Below, piece by piece: positions 29,048 through 38,851 of a DNA stretch of 64,000 nucleotides. Source of the DNA: Candidatus Latescibacterota bacterium (GTDB lineage Bacteria > Latescibacterota > UBA2968 > UBA8231); assembly GCA_964291625.2 (NCBI GenBank), contig OZ220089.1, forward strand, positions 1,408,001-1,472,000, read 5' to 3'. A program made the position numbers and the translations under genes. The notes under the pieces were generated by a model. It searched no databases. It had not been told where the DNA came from and saw nothing but the letters and a program-made list of their open reading frames with translations. Within the stretch, counting starts at the first letter, position 1; the number at the start of each line of letters is the position of its first letter.

Positions 29048-29653
29048 ATGACAACTCCGATCCAATCCGGGCGCTGGGTCGTCACCGGCATCGACCTCGC
29101 CGGGTCGCCCGCGAGACCAACCGGCATCTGCATCCTCACCGGGGACCGCGCCCGCACGCAGCTCGCCTTCGACGACGCGGAGATCCTGGACCTCGTCCGC
29201 GCCTCGGGCCCGGATCTCGTGCCGATCGACGCGCCGCTGAGCCTGCCTCCGGGCCGGCGGGAGATCGGCGACCGCAACGGCGAGCACTTCCGGCCGTGCG
29301 ACCGCGAGCTGCAGCGGCGGGGGATCCGCTTCTTCCCGATCACCCTGGGGCCGATGCGCATGCTCACCGAGCGCGGGCTCCGGCTCAAGGCCCGGATCGA
29401 GGCCGAGGGTCTGGTGCCGGTGGAGTGCTACCCCGGCGGGGCCATCGACGTCTGGGGGCTGCCGCGGCAGCAGCACGACCGCGAGGGGCTGCGCAGGGGC
29501 CTGGCCCGGCTGGGAGTGCGGGGGCTGCGGGCCGGCTTGAGCGGACACGAGCTCGACGCCGTGGCCGCGGCCCTGGTTGGACGGGGCTTCTTCAGCGGGG
29601 CCGCGGAGATGATCGGGGGCGAGGACGGCATGCTGCTCCCGCTGGCGGAGTGA
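29048..29653 (+). CDS. DUF429 (RNase H-like fold) protein
   Basis: GIDLAG, IDAPLS, RPCDREL, VECYP, HELDA motifs. Confidence 0.85.
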   Translation: MTTPIQSGRWVVTGIDLAGSPARPTGICILTGDRARTQLAFDDAEILDLVRASGPDLVPIDAPLSLPPGRREIGDRNGEHFRPCDRELQRRGIRFFPITLGPMRMLTERGLRLKARIEAEGLVPVECYPGGAIDVWGLPRQQHDREGLRRGLARLGVRGLRAGLSGHELDAVAAALVGRGFFSGAAEMIGGEDGMLLPLAE

Positions 29654-29760
29654 TGGCACGCGTGTAGTTGCCGGACCAGGAGCGTCGGCATACCCTCACG
29701 CGAAGAGGCAGGAAGAGCGCAGGAAATCGTAGAGCAAGGGGCGAGTCCCGAGGGGGATAG

Positions 29761-30609
29761 ATGACCACTCCGATCCAGTCCGGCGAGCCATTCTCGGAGG
29801 AGAAGACGCGGGAGATCGTCGCCGCCTTCCACAGGGACGGTTTCGCACACGTCCCCGGCGTGCTCGAAGAAGGTGAGATGCAGGCGCTGCGGGACAGGAC
29901 GGACGAGTTGCTCGACGATCCCCGGCTCGCGGAAGTGGAGGACCTCGAACTGCACGATCGCCGCTACGTGCAGATGACCCGCGGCGACGACCGGAAGCCC
30001 TTCATCCTGCGGGGCACGATCGCCCTGGACCCGATCTTCCGGGAGATGCTGCCTCGCGAGCCCATCCTGAGCCTGGCGGAGGCGGTGGTCGGACCGAACT
30101 GCCGGTTCTGCGGCCAGAACGTGCTGCGCAACCAGACCGGCGTGGCCATCGAGCGGTGGCACGTGGACGGCTCCGTCCACTTCCCCGTGCCGGAGGGCGT
30201 GCCCCGCCACGACCCGCGGATCCCGCCGCCGGTCCTGTGGATCACGGTGCAGATGGCCCTCACCGACATCGACCGGATCGAGCACGGGCCGACCCAGTAC
30301 GTCCCGGGCAGCCACCTCTCGGGGAAGGACCCCAACGACCCGGAGAATCCCGAGTTCGAGGGGCGCGGTCCGGTCTCCGTGTTCTGCAAGGCGGGGGATA
30401 TCTACCTGCAGGATCCGCAGTGCTGGCACCGCGGGGCCCCGAACACCTCCGGCCGCACCCGCTACCTGATGCAGTCACAGTACGCGGTGGACTGGGCCTA
30501 CCGCCGATTCGGCTGGATGAACGCGGTCCCGGTCCCGGAGGACGAGCGCCCGCCCGCCGGCAGCCGCCTGGACCAGCTGCTCGGCGGCCGGCATTCACCC
30601 CCGGCGTAG
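29761..30609 (+). CDS. Phytanoyl-CoA dioxygenase (PhyH) family protein
   Basis: WHVD, GPTQYVPGSH, WHRG..N...R motifs. Confidence 0.9.
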   Translation: MTTPIQSGEPFSEEKTREIVAAFHRDGFAHVPGVLEEGEMQALRDRTDELLDDPRLAEVEDLELHDRRYVQMTRGDDRKPFILRGTIALDPIFREMLPREPILSLAEAVVGPNCRFCGQNVLRNQTGVAIERWHVDGSVHFPVPEGVPRHDPRIPPPVLWITVQMALTDIDRIEHGPTQYVPGSHLSGKDPNDPENPEFEGRGPVSVFCKAGDIYLQDPQCWHRGAPNTSGRTRYLMQSQYAVDWAYRRFGWMNAVPVPEDERPPAGSRLDQLLGGRHSPPA

Positions 30610-32682
30610 GACCATCAACCCGCTGCGGGGATTCAGGTGTTGAGAGCGGGACCTCTGCTACACGCCGCCCTGAACTGGTTCTCACTTGACGCCTTTACCC
30701 CTACTGACCCCGGTGTACTTCACGCAGGTTGTCTCTTGTCCCCGTCTCTCGCTTTGCTGCCCCCGGACGCATCTTGCCAAATGACTCAAGACTGCGTACC
30801 AGCCGCCCTACCTGCTCCGGTATTTCACCTGCACCCATTGCATCGATTATTGCAGTTGGCGTTACCGAAATCCCGTATCGCTCCTGAAGTGTCTGGTTCA
30901 GGTGTCCCAATGCCTCCTTACCTGGAATAAGGGATCGCCTTGTAGCATCATCACTCCACCCTGACTCAAACTCACTGAGCGCCTTCTCGTCAAAGGTTGT
31001 CTCATCTGTCTCGGGTGAGACGCTCTTTGCATACCTCCGGGTGGCAGCCAAGCGTTGGGCAACTACAAACGTGCGTCTGTGCTCCGCAGTTCTATCGAGG
31101 ATTTCCTCGGCGCAAGGAACGAACTCGTGCTTTGTGCCGCCACGCCTGATGCTATCAGCAAGCCTTCTTCTCGCTGCTCGATCGATCGCTGTTGGGCTCA
31201 GAAGTAGGTTCTCAATTTCCTTGCAATCATGGAACCAAACCTCGTCACAGAAGGCCCTGCAACTAGCAACAAGAGCCTCGCACTCCTCTCTTGAACGGTA
31301 GTCCCGATCCAATATCACTGCCGCCGCCACTCTGCCTCCGAGGGTGCTCTCCATCCCTGCCTTCAAACTGCGTACCCTCTCTGGGCTGAACCCTCTGACT
31401 GGCACCACGGAGAAATTGCTTCGATTACTCACTACTGTACATCCGAGCTTCTTGGCGAACTTCGCGATTATCTGGAAATCCTTACCTTCGACAAATACAA
31501 CCCGCCGGGTCTTCGCGATCTCAGTGAGTAAGGGATTCAGATTGGACCCCAGAGAACCGAAGACCTCCGTGAGCGCCGAGGGATGTGAGATTCTCCTTGC
31601 GCTCCGGCGCTTCTTGTTCACCAAGACAATGTCGTCAGGCTCAGCCTCAGAGATCATCTCCGTTGAGTGTGTGGCAATTACTATGTCGGGCCCAAGATTC
31701 CTCAGGATTCCCAGCAACTGCCTTTGCAGATCCGCATGCAGATAGATGTCCGGCTCATCAATGAGAAAGATAGCTTTGTCTTCCGACTGAACTATGTGGG
31801 TCAACATCTGGCACCAAACTTGGAAGCCAAAGCCTGACCAGAACAACTCACGAGGAATCCGGTCCTCTGGACAGAACATTCTCAGAAGCGTCTTCCCGTG
31901 TGTACTATCGAGGATAGGCTTCTCAATCTCCATTCCAGGCCAAGTCTCTCTTAGCATGAGGCTGAATTGCTTAAAAGGAGCAGGATAGTGGTACCAGATG
32001 TTTCGGAAATTCCTGGCCGCTGTATAGTTGTACAGAGCACGTCTCGCAGCTTCCTCTTGGTATAGCTGCTCATTGTGGTCCACTGGGCCCAGGATCGGCA
32101 CGAACCCAATTGGACAGTTGAATTGTCGCCGAAAGGCTGATGGTGAGGTGGGTTGGCCTTGGTTGCCTTCCGCAATCAGAATGCAGGTATCCGTCTCCGG
32201 AAAGTACAGATTTAGGGAGCCTCCATCCGATAGTGTGAATAGCACGGACGCAGGCTCTGAGTCATCATAGTCATAGAAGATATTCTCCTCGGCGACGGAT
32301 GCACTGCTGATGTCTATCACATATCCAAAGGCTTGGCCATGAGGTCCCCGCACCGGTCCAGGTCTCCTTGAGGTTGCTCGTCGCAGTGCAACTGCCAAGA
32401 CCCGAAATGCTGCAAGGACTGTCGACTTACCAGAATTGTTGGGACCTACCAGGATATTAAAGTGTCGAATATTCAGAGTGAACCGCTTGAAGGCTTTGAA
32501 CCTGTGGAAGTCCACTCTCACGAATCTCTGCATTTCTTCACTCATCAACTTGGCTCCAAGGAAGGAATATCCGGCGCGAGTCCCGATCTGAACGGCTTGC
32601 GAGTACTTCCTAGCACCCGACATCCACCGCCGGCGTAGGAGCGCGTACCTGCTGCGCAGAGTCAGGTGTTGAGAGCGGGACC
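30592..32682 (+). repeat. 62-bp imperfect direct repeat (30592-30653 and 32621-32682) flanking the ATPase gene
   Basis: Ungapped, 51/62 identical by manual count, last 21 bp identical (tcaggtgttgagagcgggacc). Confidence 0.85.
30701..32545 (-). CDS. OLD-like ABC ATPase-TOPRIM nuclease
   Basis: GPNNSGKST, IDEPDIYLH, ATHS, VFVEG, ILDRD; lower GC than flanks. Confidence 0.8.
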   Translation of the reverse strand: MSEEMQRFVRVDFHRFKAFKRFTLNIRHFNILVGPNNSGKSTVLAAFRVLAVALRRATSRRPGPVRGPHGQAFGYVIDISSASVAEENIFYDYDDSEPASVLFTLSDGGSLNLYFPETDTCILIAEGNQGQPTSPSAFRRQFNCPIGFVPILGPVDHNEQLYQEEAARRALYNYTAARNFRNIWYHYPAPFKQFSLMLRETWPGMEIEKPILDSTHGKTLLRMFCPEDRIPRELFWSGFGFQVWCQMLTHIVQSEDKAIFLIDEPDIYLHADLQRQLLGILRNLGPDIVIATHSTEMISEAEPDDIVLVNKKRRSARRISHPSALTEVFGSLGSNLNPLLTEIAKTRRVVFVEGKDFQIIAKFAKKLGCTVVSNRSNFSVVPVRGFSPERVRSLKAGMESTLGGRVAAAVILDRDYRSREECEALVASCRAFCDEVWFHDCKEIENLLLSPTAIDRAARRRLADSIRRGGTKHEFVPCAEEILDRTAEHRRTFVVAQRLAATRRYAKSVSPETDETTFDEKALSEFESGWSDDATRRSLIPGKEALGHLNQTLQERYGISVTPTAIIDAMGAGEIPEQVGRLVRSLESFGKMRPGAAKRETGTRDNLREVHRGQ

Positions 32683-33600
32683 CCAGTACTTCCAGAGGTT
32701 CCGCGGCACGTCGTAGCGCTCCAGCTTCCGCCCCGGGTGGTCCGGCGGCAGGAAACCTGTCCCAGTCACTTCCTCAGGCGAGTCCTTGCCCCGCGGCGGG
32801 GGCGTCCATGGCTTCCCGTCCTTGTCGGGGAACATGACCATCGGCGCCTGCTCGCGCATCTTCCTGTGGGAGTAGCGCGCGAACTGCGCCACCCGCGGTT
32901 GCCGTGACCCCGCCTCGTTCGCCGAGTTGACGTGGGTGGTGAGGCCGTGGAGCAGCAACGCGTCCCCTGCTCTCCCCGTCATGCATTCCACCTCGCCCAC
33001 GCGCGGGTCCCCTTCCAGGATCGCCCGGTGTCCGCCGCTGCGCACCGGCTCCGTGAAGAGGTAGGAGCCGTCGAATCGCTCGGGGTGCTCGAGGAAATAC
33101 CGGTGGTTCGCCAAGTGCGACCTCGGCCACCAGGCCGTGCCTCCGCCCCTGGGGCTGCTCACGTCCCACAGCAGCACCACGAGGAACGCCATGAACCCGC
33201 CGCCCCAGCCGGTCGCGTACCCATCCAGATGACCGTCGGCAGGCGGGACCCACTCGGTGCCCGGCTCGCTCGGCAGGATCACCCGCGTCATCGGCACCTG
33301 CGGCGACCACGGCTGCCCCGCCGGGTGGGAGGGGGCGAAGGCGCCGCCGCCGAGCTGCTCCACGATCGACTGGAGGCCGGGCAGGTCGTAGAGGCAGGGG
33401 CTCAGCTTGGGCCACCCGCCCTCGGGCGCGTACCGCCCGGCCGGCCAGGTGGCCGGGTCGTCGAGGTCGACGCCGTCGGCGGAGCAGGCGCGGCGGAACT
33501 CCGCCTGCCATCCCTCCAGCACGTCGGGAGGCACCAGGCCAGGAACCGGGACCGCCCCCTCGGCCTTGAACTCGTCCAGTTGTGCGGCTGTCAGCAGCAT
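32662..33600 (-). CDS. PhyH family dioxygenase
   Basis: GHLDGY, GGTAWWPRSH, AGDALLLH...H motifs. Confidence 0.8.
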   Translation of the reverse strand: MLLTAAQLDEFKAEGAVPVPGLVPPDVLEGWQAEFRRACSADGVDLDDPATWPAGRYAPEGGWPKLSPCLYDLPGLQSIVEQLGGGAFAPSHPAGQPWSPQVPMTRVILPSEPGTEWVPPADGHLDGYATGWGGGFMAFLVVLLWDVSSPRGGGTAWWPRSHLANHRYFLEHPERFDGSYLFTEPVRSGGHRAILEGDPRVGEVECMTGRAGDALLLHGLTTHVNSANEAGSRQPRVAQFARYSHRKMREQAPMVMFPDKDGKPWTPPPRGKDSPEEVTGTGFLPPDHPGRKLERYDVPRNLWKYWGPALNT

Positions 33601-33607
33601 GCTCGTC

Positions 33608-34075
33608 CTATCTCCGGGGTGACCGACGGCCTCCCCTCCTGCGAGTTTCCATCGATTCCAGCAGCAGCTCGATCTTGTCCCCATTGTTGCCCGTGAGTTC
33701 GGGAAGCGCTTTCACCTCCGCCCAGAAGAAGTCGAAGGGATGGATGACAGATCCGTCCTCCGCGAATTCCCCATGGCGCCAGGTTTCCTTCGTTGGCCCT
33801 TCTACGGACAAGTGAAAGAACCAGCGGTGCTGCAACTCATCACTCCCCCAATCCCGCATGTCCCGGGTATCCTGTGCCAGAAACCGCTCGAGCCTGAGCT
33901 GAGTCAGACCGGTCTCCTCCCTCCCTTCCCGCATCACGGCACTCTCGGGAGTCTCGCCGGCTTCAATCGTCCCGGCTGGAACCTGGATGCCGGCCTCCGG
34001 TGCCTCGGGGTGGGTGAAGAGGAGCAGGCGACTTCCATTCGTGATGTACGCGTAAGCTCTGTGGCGGATGTCCAT
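33608..34075 (-). CDS. NUDIX hydrolase
   Basis: PAGTIEAGETPESAVMREGREETG. Confidence 0.9.
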   Translation of the reverse strand: MDIRHRAYAYITNGSRLLLFTHPEAPEAGIQVPAGTIEAGETPESAVMREGREETGLTQLRLERFLAQDTRDMRDWGSDELQHRWFFHLSVEGPTKETWRHGEFAEDGSVIHPFDFFWAEVKALPELTGNNGDKIELLLESMETRRRGGRRSPRR

Positions 34076-34110
34076 CAACTCTCCAGGGCGGCGCCAGATC
34101 TCGGAGCCGA

Positions 34111-34848
34111 CTACCTCTTTCTCACCACGAAGAAGGCACGCTTCCCCAGCTCATAGGGCTCGCCGTCGAGTGACGAGTAGGCATCGCACACATCGAAGCC
34201 CACCTCGGAAAAGAGCAGGGTCAACTCCCGATATCCGTAGACCTGCATGGAGCTCGTCCTGGTCTCGGTGACTCCGTCCGCGATCAGGGTCCAATCACAA
34301 TCGATCCGGCCCTCCACGTGCCGGTAGTTCCTGTCCTCCAGCACGATGGTTTCGCCTACCTTGCTCCAACTACGAGGCTCAAGTCTCGGCAGTATCGTCT
34401 CCGCCACATTGGGGATGTCCAGGGCGAACCGCCCGTCGGTCTTCAAAGCTCGATGCACTGCTTCCAAGAACCGTCTGTTCCCGCCGTCGTCAAAGTATCC
34501 GAAGCTGCCCCAGAAGCAGAATGCCCCATCGAACCTCTCGGTCCACGGCAGGTCCCTCATATCGGTCTCGGCAAGTTCAAGGTCGAGGTTCGCTTCCTCT
34601 GAAGCGGATCGCGCCTCCTGAAGCAGGGCTGTCGTGATGTCGACACCCGTTACCCTGCATCCCCTCTCAGCCAGGGGAATCGCCAGTCTGCCGTTGCCGC
34701 ATGGCACATCGAGGACCCGGGATCCCGGCTCAAGGTCGAGCACGCGCGCGAGAAAGTCCACCTCGTCCGAGGTGCGCCCGGCCCGCGCTTCTCTCTGAAC
34801 GTCCAGCCAGTTGCCGGCGAAAAAGGTGTTCCACCACTCCGCAGTCAT
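34111..34848 (-). CDS. Class I SAM-dependent methyltransferase
   Basis: VLDVPCGNGR, GVD, DMRDL, SFGYF. Confidence 0.9.
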   Translation of the reverse strand: MTAEWWNTFFAGNWLDVQREARAGRTSDEVDFLARVLDLEPGSRVLDVPCGNGRLAIPLAERGCRVTGVDITTALLQEARSASEEANLDLELAETDMRDLPWTERFDGAFCFWGSFGYFDDGGNRRFLEAVHRALKTDGRFALDIPNVAETILPRLEPRSWSKVGETIVLEDRNYRHVEGRIDCDWTLIADGVTETRTSSMQVYGYRELTLLFSEVGFDVCDAYSSLDGEPYELGKRAFFVVRKR

Positions 34849-35411
34849 TCCTCTGGTCCTCGGATTCGTTTCACGATCTCATCCATGCCGGGTGAGTACT
34901 CCTTTTCCGTCGAGACATGAATCGTGGGCACGTCGAACTCCGGGGCTGCATACTCGCCCGGGGGCGCCATCTCGCCTGTCTCCCTGTATACCTCGACGCG
35001 CCTGTCGCCGTGGTAGAACTCCCGGTTCGGATCATCCAGGCCCCGCTGCAGATGGCGTCTGGCGGCCACCATCGGGTCAACGGCGCAGACGATGATGACG
35101 GGACTGCTCAGCTCGAGGATCCAGGGCATCCTCGGTTCCCAGACCTCATGCTGAAAGGCGGCCTCGATCACGACGGAGACCTCACCGGCAAGATACTGAT
35201 TCACCAGCTCGAAGAAGAAGTCGGAGACCACGGCGTTGGTCTCCGGCGGAAGCTGATCGTGCTTGACGCCGTGGGTGTTGACATAGCCTTCCTTGATCTC
35301 GTCGCGGCTGATGACGGGCATCCACAGCCGGCGGGCGAGCTTCCTGGAGAGGCTCGTCTTCCCGGATCCCGGCCGGCCGGTGACGATGATGCACCTGGGT
35401 CTACTGCTCAT
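34845..35411 (-). CDS. AAA_33-like P-loop kinase
   Basis: IVTGRPGSGKTS, SRDEIKE. Confidence 0.85.
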   Translation of the reverse strand: MSSRPRCIIVTGRPGSGKTSLSRKLARRLWMPVISRDEIKEGYVNTHGVKHDQLPPETNAVVSDFFFELVNQYLAGEVSVVIEAAFQHEVWEPRMPWILELSSPVIIVCAVDPMVAARRHLQRGLDDPNREFYHGDRRVEVYRETGEMAPPGEYAAPEFDVPTIHVSTEKEYSPGMDEIVKRIRGPEE

Positions 35412-36813
35412 CTCTCGCATGAGCCAGCTCACGCAGCACGTCGACCGCGAAGAGCACGTCCTCCCGCCGGCAGTCGAACTGCCCGACCTGGAAGCGGATG
35501 ACGAACCGGCCCTCGTGGACCGTCTGCGTCAGGTAGATCCGGCCGTCGTCGTTGACGGCGCGGAGCAGGCGCTCGGTGGCGGCGTTGGCGTCCTCGCCGT
35601 CGGGGGCGTACTGGAAGGTGAAGAGCGAGAGGCGGCAGTCCGTGGTCAGGCGGAAGCCCTCCAGCGCGGCGATGGCGGCGGCGGCCTCCCCGGCCCAGGC
35701 GACGTGGTTGCGGATGCGCCGGCGGAGGTCCTCCAGTCCGTGGGCGCGCAGCAGGAACCAGAGCTTCAGGGCCCGGAACCGGCGCCCCAGGGGGATGGTC
35801 CACTCGCTGTAGTTGGTGATCTCGCTCTGGCCGAGCGTCTGGAGGTAGTCCGGACGGACCCCGAGGGTGCGGACCTGCGGTTCGGGATCCGCCAGGAACT
35901 GGATGGTGCAGTCGAACTGCGCACCGAGCCACTTGTGGGGGTTGAAGGCAATGCTGTCGGCCCCTTCGACGCCGTCCCACAACTCCCGAAGCTCGGGGCA
36001 GATCATCGCCGAACCCGCCCACGCGGCATCGACGTGGACGTAGAGATCGTGCTCCCGCGCCACTTCGATGGTCTCGCGCACACGGTCGGAGGCGCCGACC
36101 GACGTGCCCCCGACGCACAGGACGACCCCGGCCGGCAGGAGACCCGCCGCGAGATCCGCCTCGACCGCCGCGCGGAGGGCCTCCGGATCGAGGGCCTGGG
36201 AACCATCGGTCGAAACCTTGACGAGGTGCTGCTGCCCGATCCCGGCGATTCGGACCGCCTTGTCGATCGACGAGTGGGTCTCCGGTGAAGCGTAGACCCG
36301 GAGCTGCTTCTCCCCCGCCACTCCGGAGTCGTTCCCTCGCCATCCGAGGGCCCGCTCCCGCATGGTCAGGACGGCGCACAGGTTGGCGGTGGTTCCCGTG
36401 TCCTGGATGACCCCCTGGAACCCCTCCGGCAACCCGAGGGCCTGGCGCATCCAGTCGACCATGCGGGTCTCGATCTCGGTCGCCGCCGGCGAGGTCTGCC
36501 AGAGCATGCACTGGGCCGCCATGACCGACGTCAGGCTCTCGGCGATCATCGAGACCGGCGCCGCGTTGGCGGGGAAGTAGGCGAAGAAGCGGGGGTGCTG
36601 CCAGTGCGTCATGCCCCCCGGCACGATGCGCTCGAAGTCGGCGAAGATCGTCTCCATGTCCACCGGCTCTTCCGGCGGAACCTCCGGCAGCATGGCGGCG
36701 ATCTCGCCCGGCGCGGTCTGGGCACGAACGGGCCGCTCGTCGAGCGTGGCCAGGTACTCGGCGCCCCAGCGGGCGGCCCGGTCAGCCCATCGGAGGTAGT
36801 CCTCTCGTTCCAT
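35401..36813 (-). CDS. PLP-dependent aromatic L-amino acid decarboxylase family protein
   Basis: THWQHPRFFAYFP, HVDAAWAG, NPHKW, LGRRFRALKLW. Confidence 0.92.
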   Translation of the reverse strand: MEREDYLRWADRAARWGAEYLATLDERPVRAQTAPGEIAAMLPEVPPEEPVDMETIFADFERIVPGGMTHWQHPRFFAYFPANAAPVSMIAESLTSVMAAQCMLWQTSPAATEIETRMVDWMRQALGLPEGFQGVIQDTGTTANLCAVLTMRERALGWRGNDSGVAGEKQLRVYASPETHSSIDKAVRIAGIGQQHLVKVSTDGSQALDPEALRAAVEADLAAGLLPAGVVLCVGGTSVGASDRVRETIEVAREHDLYVHVDAAWAGSAMICPELRELWDGVEGADSIAFNPHKWLGAQFDCTIQFLADPEPQVRTLGVRPDYLQTLGQSEITNYSEWTIPLGRRFRALKLWFLLRAHGLEDLRRRIRNHVAWAGEAAAAIAALEGFRLTTDCRLSLFTFQYAPDGEDANAATERLLRAVNDDGRIYLTQTVHEGRFVIRFQVGQFDCRREDVLFAVDVLRELAHARDEQ

Positions 36814-37730
36814 CAGATCCGCCCGAACTCCTTCAACGCCTTCAGCACCTCGACGGTCAGACAGCTCTTCCACTGCTGCTCGGCCTGCTCCCAGGCTTCC
36901 GGATACTGGCCATACCAGCTCCAGGCAGGGGACCAGGAGCCGTCTGGATTCTGATGCTCGATGTCGAAGTCCAGGTTCATCTCTACTTCGCTCGTCAGGG
37001 TCTCTGCCAGCACCGAGGTGGGGTTGGGGGCCAGCCAGAGCGGTCTGGCAGAAGGTTGCTTCAACTCCTCGGGCGAACCAGCGACGACGTGTCTTGCTCT
37101 CCGAGTCAGGACTTCCGTCAAGGTGTCCTTCCAGCGTTGTGGCAGGTCAGGCGTCTCAACCAGGTGAACACAGCAGATGAAATCGTACATGTTCATCTCA
37201 TCTGGCAACCCGGCTATGTGCTCCACAACCTCTTCGGTGAGCTGCCTGGTCAGACCCGCAGGCGCCAGCTCAGGGTACTCATGGAGATAGCCCACGACCT
37301 CCGCACGGGGATTGGCCAGGAATTGCCCGAAGGTCTCCGCCGTATTGTCGTAGTTCCACCACGGCGCATGCGGGAACTCATCCACCTCCTCCGGGACGAT
37401 CGGCCACACTCTCCGAGACGAGTTGTATTGCGCCAGCAGGTACTCGATCGCCTTCCGGACGATCTCGTCACTACTGGTTGCCTTGACCTCTCTGAGAATG
37501 CGCAGCGCCATCGTCGTGGTCATGACGGAGGAGCCCGGCATCTGGACATCGGGCTCGAGGCCACGGCCGAAACCGCCGTCCTCATTCTGGTAGCTGGCGA
37601 GTTCCTCCAATACCGCGGCCTGAGGGGCACCATCGAAGTGACAGGACAGAAGCCGGCGATCCATCTCCCGGCCCTGCTCCATCACGAAGGTCCTTGCTCT
37701 CTCGAATGCGCTACTGGTCAACAGCTTCAT
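36813..37730 (-). CDS. Prenyltransferase/squalene-cyclase-repeat hypothetical protein
   Basis: YQNEDGGFG and QNPDGSW QW-like motifs. Confidence 0.75.
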   Translation of the reverse strand: MKLLTSSAFERARTFVMEQGREMDRRLLSCHFDGAPQAAVLEELASYQNEDGGFGRGLEPDVQMPGSSVMTTTMALRILREVKATSSDEIVRKAIEYLLAQYNSSRRVWPIVPEEVDEFPHAPWWNYDNTAETFGQFLANPRAEVVGYLHEYPELAPAGLTRQLTEEVVEHIAGLPDEMNMYDFICCVHLVETPDLPQRWKDTLTEVLTRRARHVVAGSPEELKQPSARPLWLAPNPTSVLAETLTSEVEMNLDFDIEHQNPDGSWSPAWSWYGQYPEAWEQAEQQWKSCLTVEVLKALKEFGRI

Positions 37731-38403
37731 TTGCCTCGCCTCCCAGGACGTCAGGCCATCCACGCGTGAATGCCTCAACTTCGGCCGATGATGCAAGACG
37801 CAAGAACTGGATGTGCCGCCAGCGGGGCTCCGACATGTAGCGGCGCATGTCCCGACGCTTCCGCTCATGCTGCGTGACGATCCACCAGACGAGGGAGTCC
37901 TCCTTCCTCCAGACCATCAGCTGGGGCCAGAACCGCTCGTGATTCGTGCCCCACAGCAGCTCCTTCGACCGCCACCGTGTCCACGACCGCCAGAGCACCC
38001 GCCGGACGAGCAGGTGCCTGGGCAGATCCAGCCAGACGACGGTCTCCAATCGCGGCCAGAAGGCACGCTGCGAGAAGCTCATGTACGAGCCGGCGACGAC
38101 CCATCCATCTCCAGCCGTCGCCTCCGCCATGCGACTCTCGAGCCTCTGTGGATCCGTCTCGTTCAGCCCCACCCAGCCCGGCAGCCAGTTGAGGGCGTCC
38201 AGGTCCACGAAGGGGACCTGCAGGGCGGCCGCCAGCCGTTCGCCCAGAAAGCTCTTGCCGGAGCAACTGTTGCCGACCACGTGGATCCGCCGGCCGATCG
38301 GGGCTGCGCCACTGTTCGTGTTCCCTGGCTTCATCTGGCCACGCCTGACCGCGCCGGCCTGCTTGACGCCGGCCACGAGGTGGTCGAAGTCGCGCTCCCT
38401 CAC
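37711..38403 (-). CDS. Adenylate kinase-like P-loop protein with antitoxin-like N-terminal peptide
   Basis: RIHVVGNSCSGKS, DLDAL.W.PGW, WVVAGSY, VVWLDLP; GTGA coupling. Confidence 0.8.
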   Translation of the reverse strand: MRERDFDHLVAGVKQAGAVRRGQMKPGNTNSGAAPIGRRIHVVGNSCSGKSFLGERLAAALQVPFVDLDALNWLPGWVGLNETDPQRLESRMAEATAGDGWVVAGSYMSFSQRAFWPRLETVVWLDLPRHLLVRRVLWRSWTRWRSKELLWGTNHERFWPQLMVWRKEDSLVWWIVTQHERKRRDMRRYMSEPRWRHIQFLRLASSAEVEAFTRGWPDVLGGEANEAVDQ

Positions 38404-38849
38404 TGGTCGGCCTTCAGACGTTCGTTCAGCTCCCATAGTGCGACCCGGTTGCTGTCCCATGTCAGCACTCTCGCAGCTTCCTCAAAGGACAACCAGCTGA
38501 CCTTGTCATGCTCCCGTGACAAGGCAAGCTCTTGCCCTGTGGCATCAACGGCGAACGAGTACTCAGGGACGACCAGGAGATCCCTGGGCCAGTGCTCTGT
38601 CGGACCGAATGCCGTCCTGGGGACGGAGGCTCGGGAGTCCAGCCGGATCAGCCTTGCTCCCCCCGGAATCCCCGCCTCCTCCTCCGCCTCGCGCCGCGCG
38701 GCCTGCTCCGCTGTCTCGTCGTCCTCGGCGCCGCCGGCGATGAACTGCCACATGGAGACATGGGCCCGATGGAAGACGGCGAACTCGTATCCGCCGCCCT
38801 CGCGCTCTCTGAACGGTATCACGATGACCTGCAGGGGCTGCCTGGCCAT
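38400..38849 (-). CDS. NUDIX hydrolase (NudB-like)
   Basis: WQFIAGGAEDDETAEQAARREAEEEAG, SREH. Confidence 0.88.
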   Translation of the reverse strand: MARQPLQVIVIPFREREGGGYEFAVFHRAHVSMWQFIAGGAEDDETAEQAARREAEEEAGIPGGARLIRLDSRASVPRTAFGPTEHWPRDLLVVPEYSFAVDATGQELALSREHDKVSWLSFEEAARVLTWDSNRVALWELNERLKADQ

Positions 38850-38851
38850 GC

